From: an uncultured delta proteobacterium
Lineage (GTDB): Bacteria; Desulfobacterota; Binatia; Binatales; Binataceae
Length of the DNA: 64,000 nt
Assembly: GCA_963711565.1 (NCBI GenBank)
Contig: CAVQEQ010000004.1
Location: 512,001-576,000, forward strand
Direction of reading: 5' to 3'
Shown here: piece by piece, positions 38,386 through 49,234 of the stretch
How positions within the stretch are numbered: position 1 is the first letter of the stretch
How the letters are laid out: each line of letters begins with the position of its first letter
Notes under the pieces: generated by a model
What the model saw: only the letters and a program-made list of their open reading frames with translations
What the model was told of the DNA's origin: nothing
Databases searched by the model: none
Position numbers and translations under genes: made by a program

Positions 38386-39306
38386 ATGAATCTGGCGGTG
38401 AGATACGAAGACGACGCAGCGGACCGGAGGCATGTGCCGGTGATGGTGGAGGAGGTGTGCGGGCTGCTGTCCGCACACGGTCCGCTTGCGTTCGTCAACG
38501 TTACAGTTGGGACGGGCGGGCATGCGGAGGCGATGCTCCGCGCCACCAAGGCGCGGATGCTCGGGCTGGATCGCGACGCGGCGGCGTTGGCCGTCGCGCG
38601 CGACCGGCTGGTGGAGTTCGGCGATCGCGTGGTACTCGAGCGCGCGGACTTCGGCGAGATTGCGGCAGTGATGAAGCAGCATCATTTCGATGGCGCCGAC
38701 GCGATGCTCGCCGACCTCGGCATGAGCAGTTACGCGCTCGACGATCCGAATCGCGGGTTTTCGTTCCGGCTTGACGGTCCGTTGGATATGCGGATGGACG
38801 ACCGGCAGACGCTCCGCGCGCGCGACATCGTCAATGAAGAGAGCGCCGAGGAGATCGCGCGCATCATCTATACCTACGGCGAGGAACGCGGGTCGCGGCG
38901 GATTGCGCGGATGATCGTCGAGGCGCGGCGGCGCGGTCCGATCGAAACGACGGGCGAACTGCGCTCGATCGTCGAGCGGGCTCTGGGAGCCAATCGGCGC
39001 GGCGGCGCGCATCCGGCCACGCGCACCTTCCAGGCGCTGCGAATCGCGGTGAATCGCGAGATGGAAAGCCTGGCGGCGCTCTTGCGCGACGGTCCCGCGA
39101 TGCTCAATCCGGGCGGGCGGATGCTGGTCATCTCGTATCACTCGCTCGAAGACCGTCCGGTCAAGGAGCGCTTTCGCGAATTGGTTCATACGGGAAACTA
39201 CACGGCGATCGCGCGCAAAGTGATCAAGCCGTCTTCGGCGGAAACTTCGCGCAACTCGCGCGCGCGCAGCGCGAAAGTCCGATGCATCGAGCGGAGCGCA
39301 CGATGA
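38386..39306 (+). CDS. rsmH: 16S rRNA m4C1402 methyltransferase RsmH
   Basis: HVPVM, GGHA, DLGMSS, RGFSF, PLDMRMD, HPATRTFQALRI, SYHSLED. Confidence 0.96.
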   Translation: MNLAVRYEDDAADRRHVPVMVEEVCGLLSAHGPLAFVNVTVGTGGHAEAMLRATKARMLGLDRDAAALAVARDRLVEFGDRVVLERADFGEIAAVMKQHHFDGADAMLADLGMSSYALDDPNRGFSFRLDGPLDMRMDDRQTLRARDIVNEESAEEIARIIYTYGEERGSRRIARMIVEARRRGPIETTGELRSIVERALGANRRGGAHPATRTFQALRIAVNREMESLAALLRDGPAMLNPGGRMLVISYHSLEDRPVKERFRELVHTGNYTAIARKVIKPSSAETSRNSRARSAKVRCIERSAR

Positions 39307-39590
39307 GCGCGCGCGTGAAACCGACGCGGCGCCCGTCGAAGGTGGTGCCGACAGTGCTCGGCGTACTGATCGCGATGGTGGGATTCGCGACGTTGATGAC
39401 ACGGCTTGACGCCACCCAGGAAGGCTATCGGCTTTCCGCGCTGCACGATGAAATCGCCAGGCTGCAGGACGAAAATCGCGAGCTGCGCCTGACGGCCGCG
39501 CAGCTCAGCTCGCACGAAAGGCTGCGCGCACTCGCGCCGCAGTATCATCTGGCGCCGCCCGGCCGCGGGCAGGTGGTGATGCTCCCATGA
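39303..39590 (+). CDS. ftsL: cell division protein FtsL-like
   Basis: Position between rsmH and ftsI; single TM followed by coiled coil. Confidence 0.8.
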   Translation: MSARVKPTRRPSKVVPTVLGVLIAMVGFATLMTRLDATQEGYRLSALHDEIARLQDENRELRLTAAQLSSHERLRALAPQYHLAPPGRGQVVMLP

Positions 39591-41665
39591 ATACATCGTT
39601 CAAGCAGCGGCGCGCTCGAATCGGGGCACTCACGCTCACACTGGCGGCGCTGTTCGGCCTCGCGGTGATCCGGCTGGTGGTGCTGGTTGCATTTTACGGG
39701 ACGCGACTGAACACGCTCGCGCTCCAGGAGCATACCGGAGAAACCGAGCTCGCGGCGGTGCGTGGTCCGATCGTCGATCGCAACGGCGAGCCGCTGGCGC
39801 TGTCAGCCGAGACCCGCTCGGTTTACGCGCGCCCGAAGAAGGTGCTCGAGTCGAGCACGCCGGCCGAGCGCTCGAAGCTCGCAGCGATTCTGATGATGAT
39901 GCCGATATCTCTCGAATCGAAACTGAGCAAGGACTCGCCGTTTGTGTGGCTCGAGCGGCGGATTTCGCCGGACAAGGCGCAGGCGGTGGAGGGGCTCGGT
40001 ATCGACGGCATCGGCACGATTAGCGAATACAAGAGGTTTTACCCGGAGAGCAACCTGGCCGCGTCGGTGGTGGGGTTGGCGGGGATGGACGGCCAGGGGC
40101 TCTCCGGCCTGGAGTTGCAATACGACAAGATTGCGCGAGGCGAAGCGGTCGAGTTGAGCTTCGATCACGACGCGGAGGGGCATCCGATTTTCGACAGCCC
40201 GATGGCGCTCAAGGCGCCGGAGCCGGGCGCGCAGCTCGAGCTGACGATCGATTCGTCGATCCAATCGCTGGCCGAAACCGAATTGGCGGCGGAAGTGAAG
40301 TCGAGCGGCGCGAAGCGCGGCAGCGTAATCGTGCTCGATCCATTTACCGGCGAAGTCATGGCGATGGCGAACGTCAGCGCCGACGGCGCCAACCTTCACG
40401 ACCGTCTGCACAACCCTGCGGTCGAGGATGCGTTCGAGCCGGGCTCGACGATGAAGGGAATCCTCGGTTCGATCGCGCTGGCCGATCACGCGATCACGAC
40501 CGATAAACAATTTTATTGCGAGAACGGGCATTTCACGATCGATCGGCACACGATTCACGATCACAGCCCTCACGGATGGTTAAACCTCGGCGGGATAATC
40601 GAAGTCTCGTCGAATATCGGCGCGTCGAAGATCGCCTTGACTCTGGGCTCGCAGCGCTACTACGAGGGACTGCGCGCATTTGGAATCGGATCGCGCACGG
40701 GGATCGATCTGCCGGGCGAGGCGGGCGGACTACTGAGCAAGCCCGCGGGATGGAGGGAAATCGATCTCGCCAATCACGGTTTCGGGCAGGGCGTGGCGGT
40801 CACCCCGATCCAGCTCGCAGTGGCGTACGCGGCGATCGCGAACGGCGGAAATATCATCCGGCCGTACGTGGTGAAGGCCGCTTACGATGCGGAGGGGCAG
40901 ACGATCTTCACGCATACGCCGCAGGTGATGCGTCGCGCGATCGCGCCCGATATCGCGCATCAGATGAATCTGCTGCTGCGCAACGTCGTGATGTCCGACG
41001 GCGGCACGGCGGCGAAGGCGCGCGTTGACGGATTTATCGTCGCGGGCAAGACTGGCACGGCGCAGATGGTGAATCCGGAAAACGGCACCTACTATCAGAA
41101 TCGGCACGTGTCGTCGTTCGTGGGATTTTTGCCCGCCGACGATCCGCGGCTGCTGATCCTGGTGGCGCTGTACGATGTCGGCCACGAGCACTTCGGCGGG
41201 CTAATTGCTGCGCCGGTGTTCAGCGAAATTGCGCAGGGCGCCGTCCGCGATCTGAATATTACGGCGCCGAATCAACCGTACGATACTGCCGGCATGATCC
41301 CGATGCCGGATTTCGGCAAAGACTCGAGCGGCGGAACCCCAGCCGCGACGGCCGCGGATCCCGATGACTATCTGCCCGTGCTGACCGGCTCGAAGCTGAC
41401 CCGTGCGACACCGAATTTTTCAGGACTCAGTCTCCGGCGCGCGATGGAACTGGCCCGCGTCTCGCGCGTCAACGTCGAGGTGCACGGCGGCGGCTACGTG
41501 ATCGCGCAGGAGCCGGGCGCCGGCGCTCCGCTCAATCATGCGACAGTGCAACTGACACTTGCGCCGATCGTCGCGGACAGTGGCGCCGAGACGGCGGCTG
41601 AATCGGGCATCGTGCCCGCGTCGTATTTTAGTGGCGGCGGTTTATCGCCCGTCAGGCGAAAGTGA
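39587..41665 (+). CDS. ftsI: class B PBP (FtsI) with C-terminal PASTA-like domain
   Basis: RGPIVDRNG, SxxK (EPGSTMK), SSN, GKTGTAQ. Confidence 0.93.
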   Translation: MNTSFKQRRARIGALTLTLAALFGLAVIRLVVLVAFYGTRLNTLALQEHTGETELAAVRGPIVDRNGEPLALSAETRSVYARPKKVLESSTPAERSKLAAILMMMPISLESKLSKDSPFVWLERRISPDKAQAVEGLGIDGIGTISEYKRFYPESNLAASVVGLAGMDGQGLSGLELQYDKIARGEAVELSFDHDAEGHPIFDSPMALKAPEPGAQLELTIDSSIQSLAETELAAEVKSSGAKRGSVIVLDPFTGEVMAMANVSADGANLHDRLHNPAVEDAFEPGSTMKGILGSIALADHAITTDKQFYCENGHFTIDRHTIHDHSPHGWLNLGGIIEVSSNIGASKIALTLGSQRYYEGLRAFGIGSRTGIDLPGEAGGLLSKPAGWREIDLANHGFGQGVAVTPIQLAVAYAAIANGGNIIRPYVVKAAYDAEGQTIFTHTPQVMRRAIAPDIAHQMNLLLRNVVMSDGGTAAKARVDGFIVAGKTGTAQMVNPENGTYYQNRHVSSFVGFLPADDPRLLILVALYDVGHEHFGGLIAAPVFSEIAQGAVRDLNITAPNQPYDTAGMIPMPDFGKDSSGGTPAATAADPDDYLPVLTGSKLTRATPNFSGLSLRRAMELARVSRVNVEVHGGGYVIAQEPGAGAPLNHATVQLTLAPIVADSGAETAAESGIVPASYFSGGGLSPVRRK

Positions 41666-43182
41666 AACTTGGTGAATTGCTCGAAGGACTCGACGTTCGC
41701 CGGATCGACGGCGACCTGAACGTGGAAATCACGGGCCTCAGCTACGACTCGCGTCACGCGGGGCCCGGTCATCTGTACTTTTCGACGGCCCGCGACGCGA
41801 AGCGCAACCGGGCCAACATTGACGATGCATTAAACCGTGGGGCGCGCGCTGTGGTGGTTGGGGGATGGGACGGTGGAACAGCGCGCCCCGCGGCGACCCT
41901 GGTGGTGAGCGAGCGGCCGCGCCTGCTGATGGGCGCGGCCGCCTCGCGGTTTTTCAGAGCGTCGAGCGAGCGCGTCGATTTGATCGGCATCACCGGCACC
42001 AGCGGCAAGACCACGACCAGCTACATACTTGCGTCGATTTTCGAGGCCGCCGGCATGCCGACGGGAATCATCGGCACGATTGGAATTTTCATCCGCGGCA
42101 AAAAAATCTACAGCGGACTGACTACTCCCGAGTCGATCGACTTCGAGTCCGCCTTGGCGCAGATGGAGCGCGAGGGCGTGAGTCATGCGGCGGCGGAGGT
42201 GTCGTCACAGGGAATCGCGGAAGGGCGGGTCGAGGCGCTGAATTTTCGCGCGTGCGTGTTCACCAACCTCGGCCGTGACCATCTCGACTATCACGCGACG
42301 GTCGAGGACTACTTCGCGGCGAAGCTGCGGCTGTTCACCGAGATACTGCCACGCAGCAAGCGCGCGAACACCGTCGCAGTTGTGCGCGGCGACGATCCGT
42401 TCGGTCGGCGCGTGCTCGAATCAGTGAAGGGATCGAAAATAAGTTTTGGAATGGATCGATCGCTCGACGTATATCCCGAGAAATTCGATGCCGACCTCGG
42501 CGGCATTCGTGCGACGCTGTCGGTACTCGGCAAAAAAATCGAAATCGAATCGCCGCTGATCGGCGAAATCAATTTGCTCAATATCCTCGGCGCCTCGGCT
42601 CTGTCGGCGGCCCTGGGTATCGATATGGTGGCGGTGGCGGATGGGGTGCGGCGATGCCCAGGGGCCCCCGGCAGACTCGAAGCGGTTCCGGCGAAACCGG
42701 GGGTCACGGTGCTGGTCGATTATGCGCACAAGCCCGACGCGCTCGAGGCGGTGCTGACTGCGCTCCGGCGTTTGCGCGCCGGCCGGATCATCTGCGTCTT
42801 CGGATGCGGCGGCGATCGCGACCGCGGCAAGCGTCCGATCATGGGCGAGATTGCGGGACGACTCGCCGATATTCCGGTGCTGACATCGGACAATCCGCGC
42901 AGCGAAGACCCGATGGCGATTATCACCGAGGTCGAGAAGGGACTAATTGCTGCAGGTCGATCGCGAAGCGACGACGCGTCTACGAAGGGCGGATATGTCG
43001 TCGAGCCGGATCGGCGCGCAGCGATCGGTCTCGCGCTTCGACTCGCGACCGCCGGCGACGCGGTTTTGATCGCGGGCAAGGGGCACGAGGACTATCAGCT
43101 TGTAGCGGGACGCGTGTTGCCGTTCGACGATCGCGTTGTGGTTCGCGAGATTGCGGCGGAACTCGCCCGCGGGCAGAGTTGA
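41662..43182 (+). CDS. murE: UDP-MurNAc-dipeptide:meso-DAP ligase
   Basis: GTSGKTT, TTPE, DHLDYH, DYAH, GCGGDRD, DNPR, AGKGHE. Confidence 0.96.
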   Translation: MKLGELLEGLDVRRIDGDLNVEITGLSYDSRHAGPGHLYFSTARDAKRNRANIDDALNRGARAVVVGGWDGGTARPAATLVVSERPRLLMGAAASRFFRASSERVDLIGITGTSGKTTTSYILASIFEAAGMPTGIIGTIGIFIRGKKIYSGLTTPESIDFESALAQMEREGVSHAAAEVSSQGIAEGRVEALNFRACVFTNLGRDHLDYHATVEDYFAAKLRLFTEILPRSKRANTVAVVRGDDPFGRRVLESVKGSKISFGMDRSLDVYPEKFDADLGGIRATLSVLGKKIEIESPLIGEINLLNILGASALSAALGIDMVAVADGVRRCPGAPGRLEAVPAKPGVTVLVDYAHKPDALEAVLTALRRLRAGRIICVFGCGGDRDRGKRPIMGEIAGRLADIPVLTSDNPRSEDPMAIITEVEKGLIAAGRSRSDDASTKGGYVVEPDRRAAIGLALRLATAGDAVLIAGKGHEDYQLVAGRVLPFDDRVVVREIAAELARGQS

Positions 43183-43200
43183 GATTCGGCGGGCGCCGCG

Positions 43201-44283
43201 ATGCTCTACCTGCTGCTCTACCCACTGCACAAATATTACTCCGGCTTCAACGCACTTCGGTACGAGACTCTCCGCTCCGTGCTGGCCGGACTGGCGGCGC
43301 TGGCGCTGTCGTTGGCTCTGGGACCCATTCTGATCGATCGGTTCCGTGCGCTGCACATCGGTCAGACGATTCGCGAAGTCGTTCCGCAGGCGCATCAGAA
43401 GAAAGCCGGCACGCCGACGATGGGCGGATTGCTGATCGTGGCATCGATGCTGGCGGCGACGCTGCTGCTCGCCAACGTCTTGAACCCGTACGTCTGGATC
43501 GCCATCTTCGTGACTCTTACCTTCGGTGCGATCGGCTTCAGCGACGACTACTTCAAGCTCACCCGCGGCAAGGGCTTGGGACTGAGCGGGCCGGCGAAGC
43601 TCGTGTGGTCGTTCTCGTGCGCGTTCATCGCGGCCGCGTGGCTCTTTCTGTATCTCGGCTTCGACACGCATCTGACCGTGCCGTTCCTGAAGAACGTTCA
43701 TCCCGATCTGCACACGTGGTTTTACATCCCATTCGCGATGCTGGTGATCGTTGGATGCTCGCATGCGGTGAATCTCACCGACGGACTCGACGGACTGGCG
43801 ATTGGGCCGGTGATGACGGTCGCTCTGACCTACTGGGTGTTTTCGTACGTCGCCGGCAACATCAAGTTTGCGACCTACCTGCAGATACCGTACATCGCCA
43901 ACGTCGGCGAGGTTGCGATTTTCTGCGCGTCGGTGATCGCCGCGTCGCTCGGCTTCCTCTGGTTCAACGCGTACCCGGCCTCGATGATGATGGGCGACGT
44001 CGGCGCGCTCTCGCTGGGCGGCGCGATCGGCACAGTCGCGGTGCTGTGCAAGCAGGAACTCGCGCTGGTGATCGCGGGTGGAGTGTTCGTCGCGGAGGCG
44101 GCGTCAACGATCATCCAGCGCTACTATTTCAAGGCGACGGGCGGCAAACGATTTTTCCTGATGGCGCCGCTGCACCATCATTTTGAACTCAGGGGAATTC
44201 CCGAGACCGTGGTGGTGATCAGATTCTGGATCGTATCGATCGTGTGCGCTCTCGTCGCGCTGAGCACGCTGAAGCTGCGTTGA
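43201..44283 (+). CDS. mraY: phospho-MurNAc-pentapeptide transferase
   Basis: GTPTMGG, DD, NLTDGLDGL, MGDVG, APLHHHFE. Confidence 0.97.
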   Translation: MLYLLLYPLHKYYSGFNALRYETLRSVLAGLAALALSLALGPILIDRFRALHIGQTIREVVPQAHQKKAGTPTMGGLLIVASMLAATLLLANVLNPYVWIAIFVTLTFGAIGFSDDYFKLTRGKGLGLSGPAKLVWSFSCAFIAAAWLFLYLGFDTHLTVPFLKNVHPDLHTWFYIPFAMLVIVGCSHAVNLTDGLDGLAIGPVMTVALTYWVFSYVAGNIKFATYLQIPYIANVGEVAIFCASVIAASLGFLWFNAYPASMMMGDVGALSLGGAIGTVAVLCKQELALVIAGGVFVAEAASTIIQRYYFKATGGKRFFLMAPLHHHFELRGIPETVVVIRFWIVSIVCALVALSTLKLR

Positions 44284-44288
44284 ATCGA

Positions 44289-45626
44289 ATGGAACTGTCG
44301 AACAAACGCGTGATGGTCGTAGGACTCGGAGTCAGCGGAGTCGCCGCTGCGCGCTTCCTCGCCGCGCGCGGCGCGAAACTCGTAATGACGGATCGACGCG
44401 TCAACATCGACCGCGGCAACTTACCGGCGGGCGCGCTGAAGCTTGGCGCCGAAGATGCGAGCTGGACCGACGGCGTCGAGCTGGTCGTCACGAGCCCTGG
44501 TGTACCGCGCGATTCCGTCCTGCTGCGGGCCGCGACCGAGCGGCGAATTCCGGTGATCGGAGAGATCGAACTAGCGAGCCGTTTCCTCGACGCGCCAATC
44601 GCCGCGGTCACCGGCACCAACGGCAAGAGCACGGTGGTAGTGCTGCTCGGCGAGATTCTGAAGGCGTCGGGACGGCGCACATTCGTCGGCGGCAACCTCG
44701 GCACCCCGCTGATCGACGCGATCGATGGCAAATGGGACGTCGCCGTCGTCGAGGTGTCGAGCTTCCAACTCGAATGGATCGACAAATTCCAGCCGCAGGC
44801 GGGCGTGCATCTCAATCTGACCGACGATCACTTCGATCGCTACAAAGATCTCGAGGACTACGGGCGCGCAAAGGCGCGCTTGTTCGAAAATCAGAATGCC
44901 TCGGACTACGCGATCCTGAATCGCGACGATCCCAATGTGTGGAAGCTCGCAAATAACGTGCGCTCGCGAGTGATTGGCTTCGGGCACACTCGCGGTGAGT
45001 CGGGCGCGTCGATTTGGTTTGACGAAAAAGCTAACGCAATCGTTTTCGATTTTGAATTTCAGACCGCGCTTCGCGGACGCATCAGCCTCAACGGATTTCG
45101 GCTGCGCGGATGGCACAACATTTCCAATGCGATGGCAGCATCGGCGGCGGCGCTTGCGCTTGGCGTCGAGGCCGGAGAAATCGAGCGAGCCCTCGCGTCA
45201 TTTCGCGGACTGCCCCATCGAATCGAAGTCATCCATGAGCGCGGCGGCGTCACTTATATTGACGATTCGAAGGGAACCAACGTCGGCGCAGTGGTCGAAG
45301 CGATCGACGCGCTCCCGGCGCCGATAATTCTTATCGCAGGCGGTCTCGACAAGGGCGGCGACTACGCGCCGCTGCGGCCCCCGCTCGAGGAAAAAGTCAA
45401 ACTCGCGATTCTCAACGGGGCGGCGCGCGACAAGATGGCGACGGCGCTCGCAGGTGCGACGAAGATCGAATCCGTGGCGACTCTGAAAGAAGCGGTCGAG
45501 CATGCGGCGCGCGCGGCGCGGTCGGGCGACACCGTCCTGCTGTCGCCGGCGTGCTCGAGCTTCGATCAATTCAAGGACTATGCGGAACGTGGGAACGTAT
45601 TTAAAGAGCTGGTTCGGGCGCTTTGA
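44289..45626 (+). CDS. murD: UDP-MurNAc-L-Ala:D-Glu ligase
   Basis: GLGVSG, GTNGKST, EVSSFQL, DSKGTN, SPACSSFD. Confidence 0.96.
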   Translation: MELSNKRVMVVGLGVSGVAAARFLAARGAKLVMTDRRVNIDRGNLPAGALKLGAEDASWTDGVELVVTSPGVPRDSVLLRAATERRIPVIGEIELASRFLDAPIAAVTGTNGKSTVVVLLGEILKASGRRTFVGGNLGTPLIDAIDGKWDVAVVEVSSFQLEWIDKFQPQAGVHLNLTDDHFDRYKDLEDYGRAKARLFENQNASDYAILNRDDPNVWKLANNVRSRVIGFGHTRGESGASIWFDEKANAIVFDFEFQTALRGRISLNGFRLRGWHNISNAMAASAAALALGVEAGEIERALASFRGLPHRIEVIHERGGVTYIDDSKGTNVGAVVEAIDALPAPIILIAGGLDKGGDYAPLRPPLEEKVKLAILNGAARDKMATALAGATKIESVATLKEAVEHAARAARSGDTVLLSPACSSFDQFKDYAERGNVFKELVRAL

Positions 45627-46728
45627 CGCGGTCAGCTACCGGCGCCCCGACCCGTGGCTGTGGCTGCCGGCGGCGGTACTGCTGTTGCTCGGGCTGCTGA
45701 TGGTGCTCAACACGACGTACTTTCTCGGTATCGAGAAGCGCGGCGACGCGTTCCACTTTTTCAAGCTTCACCTCGCGCATATCGCGGTGGGTTTCGTTTT
45801 TCTGATGCTGCTCTCGCAATTCTCGCTGGCGGGTCTGCGCCGAATCGCGATGCCGCTGTTCATCGGCTCGATCGTGATGCTCGCGCTGCTCTACGTGCCC
45901 GGTCTCGGCCTGATGAAAGGCGGTGCGCGCCGATGGCTACGGCTTGGACCGGTGATTGCGGAGCCGTCGGAGCTGGTGAAGTTTGCGCTAGTATTTTTTC
46001 TCGCGAAGTTTCTGAGCAAGCGCCAGGATCGGATTCGCGAGTTCACCCATGGGCCGTTGTCGGTATTTCTGATCGTCGGACCGATCACACTTTTGATTCT
46101 GAAGCAGCCGGACTTCGGCAGCACCGTGATGATCGCGCTGATCCTCTTCGCGATGCTGTGGGCGGCCGGCGCGCGTTGGGAGCATCTCGCGGGCGCGGGC
46201 GGTGCGGCGTTGGTCCTGTTGGCGTTCCAGGCGGTGGCGAAGTCCTATCGCATGAAGCGGATGACGACCTTCCTCGATCCGTGGTCGGTCGCGCGCGGCG
46301 CAGGATTCCAGCTCGTGCAATCGTTCATCGCGCTCGGTGAGGGCGGGAAGTGGGGCGTCGGTCTCGGCGCGGGCCGCCAGAAAATGTTCTACCTGCCCGA
46401 GGCGCACACTGATTTCGTCTTCGCCGTCGTCGGCGAGGAGTTCGGCCTGATCGGCGCGGCCGTCGTAATCTCCCTGTTCCTCGTGATCCTGTTTCGAGGG
46501 ATGCGCATAGCTCACGACGAACCCGATCCTTTCGCGAGTCTGCTCGCGGTGGGACTGACCGCGCTACTCTCGATTCAGGCGTTGATCAACATGTCGGTGG
46601 TGATCGGGCTGATCCCGACCAAGGGACTGCCGCTGCCGTTCCTGAGTTACGGCGGCACTTCGATCATCATCGCGATGGCGGCGTTGGGCGCGCTCCTCGC
46701 GCTCGGGCGCCGGCCGGCGGTGCGATGA
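45580..46728 (+). CDS. ftsW: SEDS peptidoglycan polymerase FtsW
   Basis: GARRWL, EPSE, QPDFG, YLPEAHTDF, LPFLSYGG. Confidence 0.95.
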   Translation: MRNVGTYLKSWFGRFDAVSYRRPDPWLWLPAAVLLLLGLLMVLNTTYFLGIEKRGDAFHFFKLHLAHIAVGFVFLMLLSQFSLAGLRRIAMPLFIGSIVMLALLYVPGLGLMKGGARRWLRLGPVIAEPSELVKFALVFFLAKFLSKRQDRIREFTHGPLSVFLIVGPITLLILKQPDFGSTVMIALILFAMLWAAGARWEHLAGAGGAALVLLAFQAVAKSYRMKRMTTFLDPWSVARGAGFQLVQSFIALGEGGKWGVGLGAGRQKMFYLPEAHTDFVFAVVGEEFGLIGAAVVISLFLVILFRGMRIAHDEPDPFASLLAVGLTALLSIQALINMSVVIGLIPTKGLPLPFLSYGGTSIIIAMAALGALLALGRRPAVR

Positions 46729-47807
46729 AGGTGATAATCGCAGGCGGCGGCACGGGCGGGCATCTTTTTCCGGCGGTCTCGCTGGGCGAGGAGATGATTC
46801 GTGAGCGTCCCGACATCGACGTGCTGTTCGTCGGCACGAGTGCGGGTCTCGAGGCGAAGTGGTTGCCGAAGAGCGGATACAAATACGAGCTGTTCGAGAT
46901 GCACGGAATTCGCGGGCATAGCGCAGTCGAGCGAGCGCGCGCGTCGGTGGAATTCCTCCGCGCGATCGGTCTCGCAACGTCGCTCGTCCGACGCTTTCGT
47001 CCGAGCATCGTCGTGAGCGCCGGCGGATACGCGTCGGCGTCGATGGGCGCGGCCGCCGTCCTGACTCGAACGCCGCTGGTGTTGATGGAGCAGAACACGC
47101 GGCCGGGTCTCGCGAATCGAATGCTGTGGCGATTCGCCAACAAGATCTGCGTCGGCTTCAGTGACAGCGTGAATTATTTTAACCCATCTAAAGTGGTAGT
47201 GACGGGTAATCCGACGCGGTTCCAATACTGGCCTGACCGATCACCCCGCGAGCATCGGCAATTACAAATCCTTGTTTTAGGCGGTTCGTCCGGAGCCCAT
47301 CGCCTGAATATTGGTGTCGTAGGGGCTTTCAAAATCTGCGGAAAAAGTGTTATAAATTGGAACGTTGTCCACCAGACCGGGGAGGCGGATGAGGAGTTGG
47401 TGAGGAGTGCTTACCGCGAAATCGGGTTCGCGGCTGAGGTGGTGCCGTTTATCGACAACGTCGCCGACGCCTTGCATCGCGCGGATTTGGTTGTGGCGCG
47501 TTCAGGCGCGATGACGGTCACCGACATTGTTCTTGGCGCGCGTGCGGCTATTTTCGTGCCGTATCCCTTCCACAAAGATCAGCAACAGGTGCACAACGCG
47601 CGCGTGATCGAAAAGCGCGGCGGGGCGATAATAGTTCGCGACGACGATCAACTTGCGTCCAACCTCGCGCGCGAACTTGAAGCGTTGATTCAAAATCCCG
47701 CGCGGCTGGACGAGATGGGCGAGCGCGCGCATCAGGAGGCGCATCCCGACGCGGCTCGTCACATCGCAAAGATTTGTTTTGAACTCGCGGAGCGCGCGGC
47801 GGCATGA
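46725..47807 (+). CDS. murG: lipid II GlcNAc transferase
   Basis: GGGTGGH, EQN, GNP, GGS.GA, RSGA, QVHNA. Confidence 0.95.
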   Translation: MKVIIAGGGTGGHLFPAVSLGEEMIRERPDIDVLFVGTSAGLEAKWLPKSGYKYELFEMHGIRGHSAVERARASVEFLRAIGLATSLVRRFRPSIVVSAGGYASASMGAAAVLTRTPLVLMEQNTRPGLANRMLWRFANKICVGFSDSVNYFNPSKVVVTGNPTRFQYWPDRSPREHRQLQILVLGGSSGAHRLNIGVVGAFKICGKSVINWNVVHQTGEADEELVRSAYREIGFAAEVVPFIDNVADALHRADLVVARSGAMTVTDIVLGARAAIFVPYPFHKDQQQVHNARVIEKRGGAIIVRDDDQLASNLARELEALIQNPARLDEMGERAHQEAHPDAARHIAKICFELAERAAA

Positions 47808-49234
47808 GTGAACTGCACGCAAATGGTCTCTTGACGCGTCAGCGGCGGCTGCACTTCGTCGGCATCGGCGGCGCCGGCATGAGCGGAATCGCCGAGCTAT
47901 GCCTCAAGCTCGGGATGCGCGTCAGCGGATGCGATCTTAGACCGTCGCCGACTATCACGCGGCTCGCGTCGCTCGGTGCGGAAATCAGCCAGGGCCATCA
48001 CCCGGCGCATCTGAAGGACGACGGTGGCATCGACGCGGTGGTGATCTCATCGGCGATAAAATTTTCGAATCCTGAAGTCGCGCGAGCGCGCGAGATGAAG
48101 ATTCCGGTGATCGCGCGGGCCGAGATGCTCGGCGAACTGCTGCGGATGGCGAAGCTCGGCGTCGCGGTCGCGGGCACGCATGGCAAGACGACCACGACCG
48201 CCCTGATCGCGCTGATCATGGAAGAGGCGGAGCTCGATCCCACCGTCGCAGTCGGCGGAAATATTCGCAACACCGGCAGCAACGTGCGGCTCGGGCGTGG
48301 CGATTTCATGGTGGCCGAGGCCGACGAGAGCGACGCGTCCTTCCTGCTGCTGATTCCGACCATCGCCGTGGTGACGAATATCGATCCGGAGCATCTCGAT
48401 CACTACGGCACGATGGATAAAGTGCGAGAGGCGTTCGTGGACTTTATCAATCGCGTGCCGTTCTACGGCGTTGCCGTACTCGGAATCGACAGCGTAAATG
48501 TGCGCGCGTTGATCGCGTCGATTCGCAAGCCGATGGTGACTTACGGCGTCGCGCAGGACGCTGATCTGCGCGCCGAGAAAATAGTGATCGACGGCCTCTC
48601 GACCCGCTTCGAGGTGATCCGCAAGGGCGAACATCTCGGCCGTGTATCGATACCGACGCCGGGCGTGCACGTGGCGCTGAACTCGCTCGCGGCAATCGCG
48701 GTCGCGATGGAAGTTGGAATCAGTTTCGATCGTGCGGCGTCGGCTCTCGCGAATTTCGGCGGGATCAGTCGCCGCTTCGAGATCAAGGGCGAAGCTGCCG
48801 GACGAATTGTGCTCGACGACTATGCGCATCATCCGGCCGAGGTGCGCGCGACGCTGGCCGCCGTGCGCGCGTCGTTCAAGCGCCGCGTGGTTGCGGTCTT
48901 TCAGCCGCATCGATACACCCGCCTGCGCGATTTGTTCGACGATTTCCTGTCGGCCTTCGACGACGCCGACGTGCTCTACCTGTTCGACGTGTACCCGGCC
49001 GGCGAGGAGCCGATTGCCGACGTCTCCGCGCGGCGTCTCTACGAAGCGCTGCACGCGCGCGGCCATCTCGAGGTGCACTACCTGGGCGCCGAGGAAAATC
49101 CCGCGGAGCGCATCGCGGCGGGCTCGCGCGCGGGCGATGTGATCGCGACTCTGGGTGCGGGCGATATCTACAAGATGGGCGGCGAGATACTGAAGGCGCT
49201 CAGCGCCGAGGTCAAAGTTCATGAAGGCGCTTGA
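47804..49234 (+). CDS. murC: UDP-MurNAc:L-Ala ligase
   Basis: GIGGAGMSG, GTHGKTTT, EADESD, DDYAHHP, FQPHRY. Confidence 0.96.
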   Translation: MSELHANGLLTRQRRLHFVGIGGAGMSGIAELCLKLGMRVSGCDLRPSPTITRLASLGAEISQGHHPAHLKDDGGIDAVVISSAIKFSNPEVARAREMKIPVIARAEMLGELLRMAKLGVAVAGTHGKTTTTALIALIMEEAELDPTVAVGGNIRNTGSNVRLGRGDFMVAEADESDASFLLLIPTIAVVTNIDPEHLDHYGTMDKVREAFVDFINRVPFYGVAVLGIDSVNVRALIASIRKPMVTYGVAQDADLRAEKIVIDGLSTRFEVIRKGEHLGRVSIPTPGVHVALNSLAAIAVAMEVGISFDRAASALANFGGISRRFEIKGEAAGRIVLDDYAHHPAEVRATLAAVRASFKRRVVAVFQPHRYTRLRDLFDDFLSAFDDADVLYLFDVYPAGEEPIADVSARRLYEALHARGHLEVHYLGAEENPAERIAAGSRAGDVIATLGAGDIYKMGGEILKALSAEVKVHEGA

